Source of the DNA: Prochlorococcus marinus subsp. pastoris str. CCMP1986
Lineage (GTDB): Bacteria; Cyanobacteriota; Cyanobacteriia; PCC-6307; Cyanobiaceae
DNA: 32,000 nt
Assembly (NCBI RefSeq): GCF_000011465.1
Contig: NC_005072.1
Span: forward strand, 360,001 to 392,000
Direction: 5' to 3'
Below the pieces are notes generated by a model that was not told where the DNA came from, did no database searches, and saw only the letters and a list, made by a program, of their open reading frames with translations. Both the position numbers and the translations under genes were made by a program. This document shows, in pieces, positions 8,221-19,081 of the stretch (position 1 is its first letter; each line of letters opens with the position of its first letter).

Positions 8221-8347
8221 TATAAAAATGTAATTAGTGCAAATATAAGTGCAGAATTGCTATATTGTCGATATATCTAGATATATTTGGTGTTTATAGA
8301 TTCTTCTTGAATTTCTTAAAAGCTAGTGATAGAGAGGTTTCGAGGTA

Positions 8348-8419
<72 letters not shown>

Positions 8420-8429
8420 TGAAAAAAAG

Positions 8430-8511
8430 TGGGCCGGGTTGGATTTGAACCAACGTAGGCAGAGCCAGCGGATTTACAGTCCGCCCCCTTTAACCACTCG
8501 GGCACCGACCC
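8430..8511 (-). tRNA. tRNA-Tyr(GUA)
   Basis: Reverse complement GGGTCGGTGCCCGAGTGGTTAAAGGGGGCGGACTGTAAATCCGC...GGTTCAAATCCAACCCGGCCCA, long variable arm, anticodon GTA. Confidence 0.97.
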
Positions 8512-8606
8512 CCACTATTTGAACTTATCAGTTAATGGTCACTTTGTGTGAAAATGTTTTGGTTTTTTTGTTTCTTTCTAGATAGCATTTAAAAGAAAAG
8601 ACTTAA

Positions 8607-9053
8607 TTGCTGATGAATATTTTATTGATAAATGGGCCAAACCTTAATTTGTTGGGTACTAGAGAACCTGAAATATATGGAAATAAAACCTTGAATGATA
8701 TTGAAAAAGATTTAAACAAAGTTGCTAAGGAAAAAAGTATTAATCTTGAATGCTTTCAAAGTAATCATGAAGGTGAAATCGTTGATAAAATACAATCCTC
8801 GGTAAGTAGTATCAGTGGAATCCTTATTAATGCCGGTGCTTTTACTCATACTTCAATTTCTATAAGAGATGCTTTAATTGGATCAAAAATCCCATTTGTA
8901 GAACTACACATATCAAATATCTTTAGCAGGGAAGAATTTCGAAAAGAATCTTTTCTTACAGACAAAGCAATAGGAATAATTAGTGGATTTGGTATTACAA
9001 GTTATTTTCTTGCTCTTGAGGGAATAATTGAATTTTTAAGTATTAATAATTAA
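8607..9053 (+). CDS. aroQ: 3-dehydroquinate dehydratase, type II
   Basis: [23 protein letters not shown]...[13 protein letters not shown]...[17 protein letters not shown]...[15 protein letters not shown]. Confidence 0.97.
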   Translation: MLMNILLINGPNLNLLGTREPEIYGNKTLNDIEKDLNKVAKEKSINLECFQSNHEGEIVDKIQSSVSSISGILINAGAFTHTSISIRDALIGSKIPFVELHISNIFSREEFRKESFLTDKAIGIISGFGITSYFLALEGIIEFLSINN

Positions 9054-9662
9054 ATGCTAGTAGATTTTAAAAGGCCCTCTTCTAATATTAAATATTTATC
9101 CTCATTATCCTCAGAAAGTTGGCTAGAGCAAGCTTTATCGAATCCAATAGAGATACTTATTGATCATGCTCATTGTGAAAGAAAAGCTGCTGGAGTTGCA
9201 ATTCAATTAATGTTTAGATATCCATCTGAACCTGACCTGGCAGAAGTTTTGAGCCCCATAGCAAGGGAAGAGTTGGAGCATTTTGAAAAAATACTGGTTT
9301 TACTAAAGGATCTTGGTCATTCGCTTAAAGCTCTTAAGCCTCCCCCATATGGAGCTGAATTGGCGAAATGTGTCAGGAAAGAGGAACCATATAGAATGTT
9401 AGATAGTTTCTTAATAGCAGGACTTATTGAAGCAAGAAGTCATGAAAGATTAAGTTTACTAGCATTGAATTCTGAGCACAAATCTTTCAAGTTGCTTTAT
9501 GTGTCTTTACTTGAAAGTGAAGCAAGACATTTTGGAATTTATTGGAAACTAGCACAGACTAAATTCTCTAAAAATGAAACTAACAAAAGATTAGAGGAAT
9601 TATCTAATATTGAATCGGAGATCTTATCCCAAACGTTTGCTTTGCCAAGAATTCATAGTTAA
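9054..9662 (+). CDS. miaE: tRNA-(ms[2]io[6]A)-hydroxylase
   Basis: DHAHCERKAAGVAIQLMFRY...LSPIAREELEHFE...EARSHERL...SLLESEARHFGIYW di-iron ferritin-like motifs. Confidence 0.93.
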   Translation: MLVDFKRPSSNIKYLSSLSSESWLEQALSNPIEILIDHAHCERKAAGVAIQLMFRYPSEPDLAEVLSPIAREELEHFEKILVLLKDLGHSLKALKPPPYGAELAKCVRKEEPYRMLDSFLIAGLIEARSHERLSLLALNSEHKSFKLLYVSLLESEARHFGIYWKLAQTKFSKNETNKRLEELSNIESEILSQTFALPRIHS

Positions 9663-9682
9663 TTGAATTTTGTTATTAATTT

Positions 9683-10438
9683 ATGGGAATTAGAAATACT
9701 CTAAAAAATCTGCTTGGTTTTAAAAGTGATCTTGCATCATTAACAGTAGTTGGTGTAGGTCCTGGAGATAGTTCTTTACTAACTTTTGCTGCAGTAGAAG
9801 CAATTAAAAAAGCAAAACTTATAGTTTTCCCAATTTCAAGTGATAATAGAAAGAGTGCATCTGCGGAAATAGTCAAAAAATATATCAAATTCAAGAAAAA
9901 AATACCCATTATTTTTCCAATGGCAAGACAAGAATTTGATCCAGATCAAATCTGGTCTAGTGCTGTGGATATAATTGTTAAATCTGTTAGAAACAATAAA
10001 TCTGTTGCTTTACTTTGTCTTGGAGATCCTTCACTTTATGCAAGTTCCTCAAATATTCTGAGAATAATAAATAATAATTATCCTGAAATAATCACAAAGA
10101 CAATACCAGGGATATCATCTATCTCAGCAGCAGCAGCTTTAAGTAATTTTGATTTAGTAAAGAAAGGCGAGGCTTTGATAGTAAAAGAATGTCCTTCTTC
10201 TAAATCCGAATTAATAACTCTAATAATTCAGACTAAAGCAAATAAAACAGTTTTAGTACTTATGAAAGTTGGGAAAAGATGGGGGTCAGTTAAAGAAATT
10301 TTAAAAAAAGAGAAAATCATTAATAAAGCTTTAATCGCTTTAAATGTAGGGATGCCTGATCAAATTATCCAACATGCTTCAAAATATAATGTGGAGACAA
10401 TGCCTTATTTTTCTTTAATTTTGATAAGACCTAATTAA
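9683..10438 (+). CDS. cobI: precorrin-2 C20-methyltransferase
   Basis: LTVVGVGPGDSSLLTFAAVEAIKKAK...LCLGDPSLYASSSNI...TIPGISSISAAAA. Confidence 0.9.
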   Translation: MGIRNTLKNLLGFKSDLASLTVVGVGPGDSSLLTFAAVEAIKKAKLIVFPISSDNRKSASAEIVKKYIKFKKKIPIIFPMARQEFDPDQIWSSAVDIIVKSVRNNKSVALLCLGDPSLYASSSNILRIINNNYPEIITKTIPGISSISAAAALSNFDLVKKGEALIVKECPSSKSELITLIIQTKANKTVLVLMKVGKRWGSVKEILKKEKIINKALIALNVGMPDQIIQHASKYNVETMPYFSLILIRPN

Positions 10439-10920
10439 TGAATAAGGACAAATTTCTAAGAAATGATTTTAAATGGTCCATAAGTAGGCAAATATTGTCT
10501 CTAATACTTGAAGATAAAGTAAGTGATATTTTTGTATGTGAATTAGTATGGGAAAGACTTTTTTATATCAATGAACCTTCTATTGATGGATGGACTTCAA
10601 GTTCCTTAACTCCATCATATTGGTCAGAAAAATTTTCAAAAGCCCCTCAAATTATTTCAGAACGATCAGCTTCTGTTCATTTGACACGATCTATACCGAA
10701 AGATCACAAACAAAATTTAAAAAAAGTTCTAAATTTTAAAGGTTATAAAATTAACGAACTCTATCCTAGAAGAACAAGAAGAGCAACTGCTGTCAATTGG
10801 CTTATCTATTGGTCTATTGACTCGAGTTCTTCTTTAGATGATTTTCCTAAGTTACCTAAAATATCTCCCCCATCTCCTAATCCAGCAAAAGGTCATTTTG
10901 GAGATCCTGAAATCAAATAA
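10438..10920 (+). CDS. DUF1823 family cyanobacterial protein
   Basis: 160-aa ORF, VCELVWERLFYINEP...SYWSEKFSKAPQII...RRTRRATAVNWLIYW. Confidence 0.75.
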   Translation: MNKDKFLRNDFKWSISRQILSLILEDKVSDIFVCELVWERLFYINEPSIDGWTSSSLTPSYWSEKFSKAPQIISERSASVHLTRSIPKDHKQNLKKVLNFKGYKINELYPRRTRRATAVNWLIYWSIDSSSSLDDFPKLPKISPPSPNPAKGHFGDPEIK

Positions 10921-10992
10921 ATACTCCTGGATAGAGTAAAAGATAGTATTGAGGTTATAGTTGTAATAGATCTAATTTTTTTAGGGGAATAA

Positions 10993-12369
10993 TTGACTCT
11001 TCCATCAATAGCAATAATCGGAAGACCTAATGTTGGGAAGTCTACTTTGGTTAATAGGTTATGCCAAAGTAATGACGCAATTGTATTCGATAAACCAGGA
11101 GTTACTAGAGATAGAACTTATCAAAATGCTTCTTGGGCTGGGAGGGAATTTCAAGTTGTTGATACGGGAGGATTAGTTTTTGAAGATGATAGTGAATTCC
11201 TCCCCGAGATTCGCACTCAAGTATTTTTAGCATTAGAAGAGGCTTCTCTTGCTTTGTTTGTAGTTGATGGAAATCAAGGTGTAACTGACGGTGACTTATC
11301 CATAGCAAAATGGCTGAGAAATTCAGCTTGTAAGACAATTGTTGCAGTAAATAAATGTGAATCTACATCCTTAGGAGTTTCTTTGGCCTCTGAGTTCTGG
11401 AAATTGGGTTTAGGTGAACCTTATCCTGTCTCTGCTATTCATGGCTCTGGAACGGGGGATCTATTAGACCTTGTTATTGATGGATTCCCTAAAGATTTAA
11501 ATGTTGAAGATAAAGAGGATAAAATAATGATGTCAATTATTGGGAGACCAAATGTTGGTAAATCGAGTTTGTTAAATGCTATTTGCGGAGAAAAAAGAGC
11601 AATAGTTAGTGATATAAGTGGGACTACAACTGATTCAATAGATACTCTTATTAAGAAAGATTCCCATCTATGGAAAATAGTGGATACAGCAGGAATAAGA
11701 AGAAAAAAAAATGTAAAATATGGAACTGAATTTTTCGGAATTAATAGAGCTTTTAAATCTATTGATAGAAGTGATGTTTGTGTCCTAGTTATAGATGCTA
11801 TAGATGGAGTGACTGATCAAGATCAGAAATTGGCAGGGCGAATAGAAGAACAAGGTAGAGCATGTGTAATTGTAGTGAATAAATGGGATCTTGTAGAGAA
11901 GAATAATTCCACAATCTATCAAGTTGAAAAAGAACTTAGATCAAAATTATATTTTTTGCATTGGTCAAAAATGATTTTCATTTCAGCTTTGACTGGTCAA
12001 AGAGTTCAAAATATTTTTGAGCATGCTCTTAGTGCTGTAACGCAACATAGAAGGAGAGTTACAACTTCAGTCGTTAATGAAGTTCTTAAGGAGGCTCTTG
12101 GATGGAAAAGTCCACCAACAAAGAGAAGCGGAAAACAAGGAAGACTTTACTATGGGACTCAAGTAAAAAACCAGCCTCCAACTTTTACTCTTTTTGTAAA
12201 TGACCCTAAATTATTTGGAATTACATATAGAAGATATATTGAAAAACAAATAAGATTAAATCTTGGGTTTGAAGGGTCTCCAATAATTTTACTTTGGAGA
12301 GGAAAACAGCAAAGAGACCTAGAAAAAGAGACATCAAAAAAGAATATTAATATTATTCAAAAAGATTAA
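10993..12369 (+). CDS. der: ribosome biogenesis GTPase Der (EngA)
   Basis: Two tandem GTPase domains: [13 protein letters not shown]...DTGG and [13 protein letters not shown]...DTAG, C-terminal KH-like domain. Confidence 0.98.
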   Translation: MTLPSIAIIGRPNVGKSTLVNRLCQSNDAIVFDKPGVTRDRTYQNASWAGREFQVVDTGGLVFEDDSEFLPEIRTQVFLALEEASLALFVVDGNQGVTDGDLSIAKWLRNSACKTIVAVNKCESTSLGVSLASEFWKLGLGEPYPVSAIHGSGTGDLLDLVIDGFPKDLNVEDKEDKIMMSIIGRPNVGKSSLLNAICGEKRAIVSDISGTTTDSIDTLIKKDSHLWKIVDTAGIRRKKNVKYGTEFFGINRAFKSIDRSDVCVLVIDAIDGVTDQDQKLAGRIEEQGRACVIVVNKWDLVEKNNSTIYQVEKELRSKLYFLHWSKMIFISALTGQRVQNIFEHALSAVTQHRRRVTTSVVNEVLKEALGWKSPPTKRSGKQGRLYYGTQVKNQPPTFTLFVNDPKLFGITYRRYIEKQIRLNLGFEGSPIILLWRGKQQRDLEKETSKKNINIIQKD

Positions 12370-13283
12370 TGAATATTCTCACTAAATTTCCTATTGGACA
12401 ATATGTTGATGGTAATAGAAGTTGGTTAAGAATTGTCGACAGTAGATTAAAGATAATTGCAGTATTTATTTTTCTAATTACTCCAATCTGGGCAGGCCCA
12501 TTGTGGAGACTAAGTTTAGTTATTTGTTTGCTATTTATTACTTTTATCAGTTTGTTACCCTTTAGAGTTTGGTGGCGATCACTTCTCTTCCTTTTAGGAT
12601 TATCAATGATAATTGGATTAATATCAACAATAGCATTTTCTGATATTCAATCTCTTGATAGCTCTTTAAGAGATCCGAATGAATTGAACTTGATTTTAGA
12701 AAGTCAGAAAACTTGGAATATTTTAGAAATTCCATCTAAGAAAATAGGATTTATAACTCTTGGGTCTTATAACTTATCTTGGAAAGCTTTCGAGTTAGGA
12801 ATAAAAACTTCAACATTAATATTTACTGTTATTCATAGTGTGAATTTGATGCTGTTAACAACATTACAGGAGGATATAGTCTGGGCCTTAAGTTGGTTTA
12901 TGATTCCTTTTAGAAAAGTTGGGTTGCCTATTGATAAATGGCTTTTCCAATTACTTTTAGCATTGCGTTTTATTCCTTTAGTTCAAGAAGAATTACAAAA
13001 CATAATTAAATCAGTATCAGTTAGATCAATAAATCTTAGAAGTTTGGGTTTTAAGAAATCTATTAATGTTTTATTAACAATAATTGAAAGACTTTTTTTA
13101 AATATATTCTTAAGAATTGATCAAGGGGCAGATTCGTTACTTTCTAAAAAAAAAATAACTATAAAAACTTATAGATATAAAGCTTTTGATAAAAAAAATT
13201 CCCTAACTTTTATTTTTAATTCATTATCGATTTGTTTTATATGCATAGCAATTTTTCTTAGAAAACAGTATGGTGCATTGTAA
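12369..13283 (+). CDS. CbiQ/EcfT-family energy-coupling factor transporter transmembrane protein
   Basis: Multiple TM segments, LLLALRFIPLVQEELQNI...SVRSINLRSLGFKKS motif. Confidence 0.85.
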   Translation: MNILTKFPIGQYVDGNRSWLRIVDSRLKIIAVFIFLITPIWAGPLWRLSLVICLLFITFISLLPFRVWWRSLLFLLGLSMIIGLISTIAFSDIQSLDSSLRDPNELNLILESQKTWNILEIPSKKIGFITLGSYNLSWKAFELGIKTSTLIFTVIHSVNLMLLTTLQEDIVWALSWFMIPFRKVGLPIDKWLFQLLLALRFIPLVQEELQNIIKSVSVRSINLRSLGFKKSINVLLTIIERLFLNIFLRIDQGADSLLSKKKITIKTYRYKAFDKKNSLTFIFNSLSICFICIAIFLRKQYGAL

Positions 13284-13300
13284 ATAAATAATTTTTTAGT

Positions 13301-13567
13301 TTGAGTTCAGAGCGTTATTTAAATCACCCAACATTTGGAATGTTATATCAAGTCTCTCTAGGGATTGAGGGAAAAGATATTTATGCGACTTTGTATGCAC
13401 AAAAAATGTTTTTTTTAGTAGAAGTTAAACAACGAGAAGTCTTTTTTGAAGTTATACCCTATTTAGATGCTCGAAATCAGTCTGAATTAAACTTGCAAAG
13501 AGCAAGAAGACAAGGATCAGAAGATTTCTCAAAATGGGATAATTTATTTAGACAAACTTTTTTATAA
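13301..13567 (+). CDS. pipX: PII-interacting coactivator PipX
   Basis: SERYLNHPTFGMLYQV...LYATLYAQKMFFLVEV...LDARNQSELNLQRARR. Confidence 0.92.
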   Translation: MSSERYLNHPTFGMLYQVSLGIEGKDIYATLYAQKMFFLVEVKQREVFFEVIPYLDARNQSELNLQRARRQGSEDFSKWDNLFRQTFL

Positions 13568-13570
13568 AAT

Positions 13571-14209
13571 TTGGAAATTTCAAATTACTTGCAAATTAAA
13601 AAACAATTACCTCTTAATGTAAATTTACTGGCTGTGAGTAAAGGGTTTAGTAGTAAAGAAATCAAAATTATAAATAATTTAGGACAAAATGATTTTGGGG
13701 AAAGTAGATTTCAAGAAGCTATTGAGAAGAAAATCTTATTAGATGATTTAAAAAATATAAAATGGCATTTCATCGGAAGAGTGCAGACTAATAAAATAAG
13801 AAAAATAGTCCAAAATTTTGAATATATTCATTCTGTAGACTCATATGAAAAATTGTTAAAGATTTCCAATGTTTCATTTGAAGAGAAGAGAAATCCAATA
13901 GTAATGTTGCAAGTTAAATTAAGTGATGATCCAAATAAAGGAGGATTTAATCCTAAAGTATTGCTAGAAAAATGGGATCAGATTAAGGAATTTAAAAGTA
14001 TCAAAATTAAAGGCCTAATGACTATCAACCCAAAGGGTTTGAGTTCAATAGAAAATATTAAACTATTTAAAAAATGCAGGTACCTAGCAGATTCCCTCAA
14101 ACTTCAGGATTGTTCAATGGGAATGTCTGGAGACTGGGAGGAAGCGGTTAAAGCAGGATCTACTTGGCTAAGGTTAGGATCAACAATTTTTGGTAACAGA
14201 ACATATTAG
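13571..14209 (+). CDS. pipY: YggS/PROSC family PLP-binding homeostasis protein (PipY)
   Basis: LLAVSKGFSSKEI...GENR-like FGESRFQEA...WHFIGRVQTNKIR...LMTINPKG...LSMGMSGDWEEAVKAGSTWLRLGSTIFG; located directly after pipX; TTG start. Confidence 0.9.
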   Translation: MEISNYLQIKKQLPLNVNLLAVSKGFSSKEIKIINNLGQNDFGESRFQEAIEKKILLDDLKNIKWHFIGRVQTNKIRKIVQNFEYIHSVDSYEKLLKISNVSFEEKRNPIVMLQVKLSDDPNKGGFNPKVLLEKWDQIKEFKSIKIKGLMTINPKGLSSIENIKLFKKCRYLADSLKLQDCSMGMSGDWEEAVKAGSTWLRLGSTIFGNRTY

Positions 14210-14366
14210 TCAGCAATTAATTATATTTTATAAAAATCTTGTTTTTAAACTTGCAGTAAACTATAAGTAACGTTATTTAAGTATAGGTAGTTTATTCATT
14301 CATAAAAGATGGATACCTTACTAAAGGTTTTTTGGCCTTAGTTATCAATTTCAAGAGGATTTAAAA

Positions 14367-14942
14367 GTGTCACTTATTTCTCGATTAAAGGCAGTTGTTG
14401 CAGGGGATGATTTTCTGGATGATGATTTTGATGAGTTGGATTATGCATCAGAGGATGAATTTAATGGTAATGATGATTTAAAACAAAATTATAAAAAATC
14501 GAATGCACTTTCAAATTCAAATCCATTTGAATTTATGAACAATAATAGGACATCAAATGTGGTAGGAATGCCAGGTATTGCTAATTCATCTTCAGAGGTA
14601 AACTTGATGGAGCCTAGAAGTTTTGATGAAATGCCTCAAGCAATACAGGCATTAAGAGAAAGAAAGACTGTAATTTTAAATTTGACTATGATGGATCCTG
14701 ATCAAGCACAAAGAGCTGTTGATTTTGTTGCAGGAGGTACATATGCAATAGATGGTCATCAAGAAAGAGTCGGTGAAAGCATTTTTCTTTTTGCTCCTAG
14801 TTGTGTAAATGTAACTAGTTCTTTCCCAGAGGAGGCTTCTCCCTCTAATGTTTCAAGCAAAAAAACATCTCAATATAAATTTGAAACTAACACAACTCCA
14901 GAGCCAGCTTGGGGAGAATCTAAACTATCGGCTTACAATTAA
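14367..14942 (+). CDS. sepF: cell division protein SepF
   Basis: [68 protein letters not shown]; GTG start. Confidence 0.96.
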   Translation: MSLISRLKAVVAGDDFLDDDFDELDYASEDEFNGNDDLKQNYKKSNALSNSNPFEFMNNNRTSNVVGMPGIANSSSEVNLMEPRSFDEMPQAIQALRERKTVILNLTMMDPDQAQRAVDFVAGGTYAIDGHQERVGESIFLFAPSCVNVTSSFPEEASPSNVSSKKTSQYKFETNTTPEPAWGESKLSAYN

Positions 14943-14949
14943 CTAATCT

Positions 14950-15756
14950 GTGACAAGTAAAATTGCAGTAATTGGGTTTGGAAATATTGCAAAAGCTATT
15001 ATAACTCCGCTATTTGATAAAAAATTACTAAAACCAAAGGATGTTTATTGTTTAGTAAATACAAAAAAAAGTTTAGAAAATATTAGAAAAAACTATAAAT
15101 ATGATATTAATATTTTTCAGGCAAACTCCAAAGGTTCGGAAATTATATGGGATTGCGAAGTTAAATTTCTCTCTGTAAAGCCTCAGCAACTTAAAAATAT
15201 AATTGAATTAGAAAAAAATAAAAATTATTTATTGGTTTCTATTTTAGCTGGTGTATCTTTAGAAAAACTTATAAAAAAATTTCCAAATCATAAATGTGTT
15301 AGGGTAGTGACTAATATTCCAATAACAATTGGTAAAGGTTTAACTGGAATTTCATGGGGAGATGAAATAAAGGAAGCTCAGAAGCAATTCATAAAAAGAT
15401 TATTTGAAAATTCTAGTAAAATTTATGAATTTCCTGAAGATTTACTCGATATTTTTTTATCATTAACTTCTTCCGGGCCAGCTATAGTTGCCCTGATTAT
15501 TGAAGCTTTAAGTGACGGAGGTTTAAGCGGCGGATTGCAAAAAAGACTTTCTGAAGAACTTGTTGTAGAGATGATTTTAGGCACTGTTAGTTTAATAAAA
15601 GAAACTAATTTAACAACTGCTGAGCTTAAGAATATGGTAACTTCTCCTGGGGGCACCACCATATCAGCACTAAGGGTTTTAGAAAATAGGAGTTTAAGGT
15701 CTGCTCTTATAGAAGCAGTAGTTTCGGCCAGTAATCGTAGTAAAGAATTTCGTTAA
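14950..15756 (+). CDS. proC: pyrroline-5-carboxylate reductase
   Basis: IAVIGFGNIAKAI...TSSGPAIVALIIEALSDGGLSGGL...LKNMVTSPGGTTISALRVLE. Confidence 0.95.
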   Translation: MTSKIAVIGFGNIAKAIITPLFDKKLLKPKDVYCLVNTKKSLENIRKNYKYDINIFQANSKGSEIIWDCEVKFLSVKPQQLKNIIELEKNKNYLLVSILAGVSLEKLIKKFPNHKCVRVVTNIPITIGKGLTGISWGDEIKEAQKQFIKRLFENSSKIYEFPEDLLDIFLSLTSSGPAIVALIIEALSDGGLSGGLQKRLSEELVVEMILGTVSLIKETNLTTAELKNMVTSPGGTTISALRVLENRSLRSALIEAVVSASNRSKEFR

Positions 15757-16919
15757 GGGTTAGATATTTTTATAGTATTTAAGTAAAGTTTTTCCAGGGC
15801 TTCAATATTTTTTTTAATTGTATATCTTTCAATTACTCTTTCACGTCCTTTTTCCCCCAGAGCCTTTGTGAATGAAGGATGATCTACCAAAATTGGAATT
15901 ATAGTTTTTAATTGAGTGACAACATTTTCAGTAGAGATCACAATGCCTGCTCCATTATCTAAAACTTCACCATCAGCTCCAGCATCAGTTGCAACACATG
16001 CCGTACCAGTGGACATTGCCTCTAAAAGTGATAAAGATAGTCCCTCTATTAAACTTGGTAAAAAAAACACCTCTGCGATTTGCATAATTGCTACTCTGGT
16101 TTCTAAATCAGTTTCTGATCCCCACCAAATTAATTTATCTTTTCCTAGGTTAGAAAAACTATTTTCCAGTGTAGGCTTCATTGGTCCGTCTCCAACAATT
16201 ACTAGTTTGCAATTATTAGTTTTTGTTTGACGCCAGGATTTTAAAAGAGCCTCAATATTTTTTTCGTTAGCAATCCTTCCCATATATATAAATATTCTTC
16301 CTTCCCCTAGTTTACTTTTAACTAAATTATATTTTTTACTTTTTACTTTAACAGGTTGCCAAATACTTTCATCAACTCCATTTGGAATAATTATTTGCTT
16401 TTCTTTACTAACGCCTAGGTTTTCTAAAAGTGTTTTTTGAGGTTCTGAAAAAACAATTATTTTATGAAATTTAGCAAGAGAGGGCGCATAAAGTTGATAA
16501 GTTAGTTGTTGAGTACTTGCAGTTAAGTTCCTATTATTTTTATCAAATGCGGGATGAAATGTCCCTACAAGTGGGAGGTTTATTTGTTTGCAAAGTTCAG
16601 GCAATCTAAAGTCGAGAGGAGATAAAGTTAGACTTGCATGAACTATATCTGGCTTTAATCTCTCTAATGAATGTCTTAGTTCTTTTTCTGCTCTTGGAGA
16701 AGGGATCGTATAAACTTGTGATTTAATTAAGTAAGGAAGACTGACCTCAGGATCGTTGGCTAAAAATAAGGGTTTAGATTCGTTTGTATTAGAGGGTTTA
16801 TCAAAATGTATAAAACTTACTTTATGGCCTCTCACTTTTAATTGTTCAGTAGTTAAATTTCCATAACTTACATTTCCACAAAAGGGAGATTTTTTACCTA
16901 ACCAGGCAACATGAACCAC
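15753..16919 (-). CDS. glycosyltransferase family 4 / group 1
   Basis: PDIVHASLTLSP...GTFHPAF...ILMGRIANEKNIEALL...PSLIEGLSLSLLEAMSTGTACVATDAGADGEVL. Confidence 0.88.
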   Translation of the reverse strand: MVHVAWLGKKSPFCGNVSYGNLTTEQLKVRGHKVSFIHFDKPSNTNESKPLFLANDPEVSLPYLIKSQVYTIPSPRAEKELRHSLERLKPDIVHASLTLSPLDFRLPELCKQINLPLVGTFHPAFDKNNRNLTASTQQLTYQLYAPSLAKFHKIIVFSEPQKTLLENLGVSKEKQIIIPNGVDESIWQPVKVKSKKYNLVKSKLGEGRIFIYMGRIANEKNIEALLKSWRQTKTNNCKLVIVGDGPMKPTLENSFSNLGKDKLIWWGSETDLETRVAIMQIAEVFFLPSLIEGLSLSLLEAMSTGTACVATDAGADGEVLDNGAGIVISTENVVTQLKTIIPILVDHPSFTKALGEKGRERVIERYTIKKNIEALEKLYLNTIKISNP

Positions 16920-17004
16920 ATCAAATTAATCAACTATTTATAAAGTTAACAGTCAAAGTTACAATCATCGAGATCTTTTAATTTAATAACAATTTAACCC
17001 TTAA

Positions 17005-17784
17005 TTATCTATAAAATTCTCTTAACATTTTTAGTGAAGATAATTCTTTTTCTAATTGGGCAGAGATCCAATTTTCAACAATTGATAATATCTTAAGCCA
17101 AACTTTTTTAGGTCCTAATAATTCTCCATTTGATTTGATGGGTAATTCTGCAAAAAGAAGTCTTTGTAAAAGAGCAATTTCAGAAGCATTAACTTTTAAA
17201 ATACTACGTTCATCTTCTACTGTAGAAAATCCCTCATTTGGTAAATAGGAACATTGCCAATCCCAGTTACCTAAGGGGGGGATGATAGCCTCGCCCGTTT
17301 TACAGCAAAAATTTACGGGAATATTTATCCCTCCAATTGCTAATAAATGAATTAAAGATTGAATACTCATTGAAAGCATTTTGAAGTCCTCTTCACTTTC
17401 AAGGTTATATTCATAAATTCGATCTAAATGAATAAGTACGCTAGATAAGTAATCTTTTTGCTTGTCGTTGTTTCCAACTAATAAAAAGGTTAATTCAGTT
17501 ATTGCTTGAGCTGCAGCAAGACATTCAATATTTTTCCCCAACCCGTTGTAGCTTTTGAGAATTTTAATCTGACGAACAGACTTGAGACTTCTTTTTCCAA
17601 AGATCTGAAAACTTAAATATGTTAACGGAGTAGCTGCAGCAAGACTACTTTTTGGACGCCTGGCACCTGGAGCTGCAAGCCTAATAATACCTTGTTCATC
17701 TGTTAAAACAGTAATTAATCTTCCACTCTCACCTAGCGGACTAGCTTTAATACAGAGACCTTTTATTCTACTTTCGCCTGACAT
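17005..17784 (-). CDS. recO: DNA repair protein RecO
   Basis: KGLCIKASPLGESGRLITVLTDEQGIIRLAAPGARR...C-terminal FCCKTGEAIIP. Confidence 0.92.
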   Translation of the reverse strand: MSGESRIKGLCIKASPLGESGRLITVLTDEQGIIRLAAPGARRPKSSLAAATPLTYLSFQIFGKRSLKSVRQIKILKSYNGLGKNIECLAAAQAITELTFLLVGNNDKQKDYLSSVLIHLDRIYEYNLESEEDFKMLSMSIQSLIHLLAIGGINIPVNFCCKTGEAIIPPLGNWDWQCSYLPNEGFSTVEDERSILKVNASEIALLQRLLFAELPIKSNGELLGPKKVWLKILSIVENWISAQLEKELSSLKMLREFYR

Positions 17785-18444
17785 TTAAATAAGTCTAATT
17801 TCTTTAAAAATCTCATTAAAATTTGATGTTCCAATACAATCTATACCTGAATCAAATAAATCAACAACTTGGGTTAGTGTTTTTATGCTTCCTACCACTT
17901 TTATAGAATTCTGGTTGCCAATAAATTTTAATATTTCAACTATATCAACTTTAGAAATAGCAGCTCCAAAACCATCTCCAAATTGAAAATTTGTTATTCC
18001 TAATTCAAGAGAAATTTCTATGGCTTTTTCAAAAAGTTCTTTATCTAATTTTGTTTTGTTTATGATTATAGTGACTGGTAATTCTGAAGCATTAATACTC
18101 TCAATTTCACTAGCAAAACTATTTAAATCATTTTTAGATAGTTTTAGAAAATTAGGGATGTATTCTATTCCGCTTGCACCATTATCTTTTGCATAGCAAA
18201 CAAATTCATCAATAAAATCAAGTGGTAAATCAGCTAATGGATAAGAAATTAGAGTATTTATATTTACTTTATGATTGTTTAATGCATCTTTTATAGGACT
18301 TAAAAAGTTAAGAGATGTAGAAACATTTCTAATATTATATTTTTGAATTAAATCGCAGTTGGCATTTAATTCTTCCAAAGATAAATACGGATTAATTATT
18401 ATTGCATGTATCTTTTCATTTAATTCATAATCGATATTAAACAT
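17785..18444 (-). CDS. deoC: deoxyribose-phosphate aldolase-family protein
   Basis: ISYPLADLPLDFIDEFVCYAKDNGASGIEYIPNF...VVGSIKTLTQVVDLFDSGIDCIGTSN; diverged but DeoC-like. Confidence 0.75.
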   Translation of the reverse strand: MFNIDYELNEKIHAIIINPYLSLEELNANCDLIQKYNIRNVSTSLNFLSPIKDALNNHKVNINTLISYPLADLPLDFIDEFVCYAKDNGASGIEYIPNFLKLSKNDLNSFASEIESINASELPVTIIINKTKLDKELFEKAIEISLELGITNFQFGDGFGAAISKVDIVEILKFIGNQNSIKVVGSIKTLTQVVDLFDSGIDCIGTSNFNEIFKEIRLI

Positions 18445-18452
18445 TTTTAGTA

Positions 18453-19037
18453 TTATTTAGACTGGATTAATCCATAACCACCATGATTCCTTTTATAAAT
18501 AACTTGTAGTTCATTATTTAATTTATTTCTAAATAAATAAAAATCATGATCAATAAAATCTAATTGTTTTCTAGCCTCTTCCAAAGAGATAGGAATCATT
18601 TCAAAATATTTTTTTTTAATAGATGGTTCAGGTAATCTCACCTCTCTTTCCTCGTTGAATATATCTTTATCTATAGAATCTGATTCTTCAATTGCATTGG
18701 AATAAGAATTTTTATTCTTTACAAGATTATTATGTAATTTTTTATTATGCCTCTCTTTATATTTCCGTAGTTTTCTACAAAGTTTATTTGAAACCAAATC
18801 AATACTTGAATATAGATTCTCTGTTTTTTCTTCAGCTCTGATAATAGTTCCATTAGCAAAAATTGTAACTTCAGCTGTTTGGAATGAAACTCTTGGATTC
18901 TTTTCGATTGAAAGGTGTATATCTGCTTCTTTAACGATATCCTTATAGTGATGCGTTGCTTTTTCTATTTTTGCCTCAGTATATTCTTTTAAAGGTCCTG
19001 TAAGTTCGAGATTCTTTCCATGGATTAAAATTTTCAT
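18453..19037 (-). CDS. hpf: ribosome hibernation promoting factor, long form (LrtA/HPF)
   Basis: MKILIHGKNLELTGPLKEYTEAKIEKATHHYK...EADIHLSIEKNPR...C-terminal domain MSLEEARKQLDFIDHDFYLFRN. Confidence 0.95.
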   Translation of the reverse strand: MKILIHGKNLELTGPLKEYTEAKIEKATHHYKDIVKEADIHLSIEKNPRVSFQTAEVTIFANGTIIRAEEKTENLYSSIDLVSNKLCRKLRKYKERHNKKLHNNLVKNKNSYSNAIEESDSIDKDIFNEEREVRLPEPSIKKKYFEMIPISLEEARKQLDFIDHDFYLFRNKLNNELQVIYKRNHGGYGLIQSK

Positions 19038-19081
19038 AATAAATCTAAAAATATTTTCATATTTCCTAAATCTACATAACT

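Noticed and set aside
8332-8345. GAGAGGTTTCGAGG resembling the internal tRNA-Thr segment GAGAGGTCTCGGG
   Set aside because: Only ~11/13 matches over a short stretch adjacent to the tRNA; too short to call a second tRNA-Thr att copy.
9676-9909. 77-aa minus ORF at cobI 5' end
   Set aside because: Fully antisense to cobI, which has clear family motifs.
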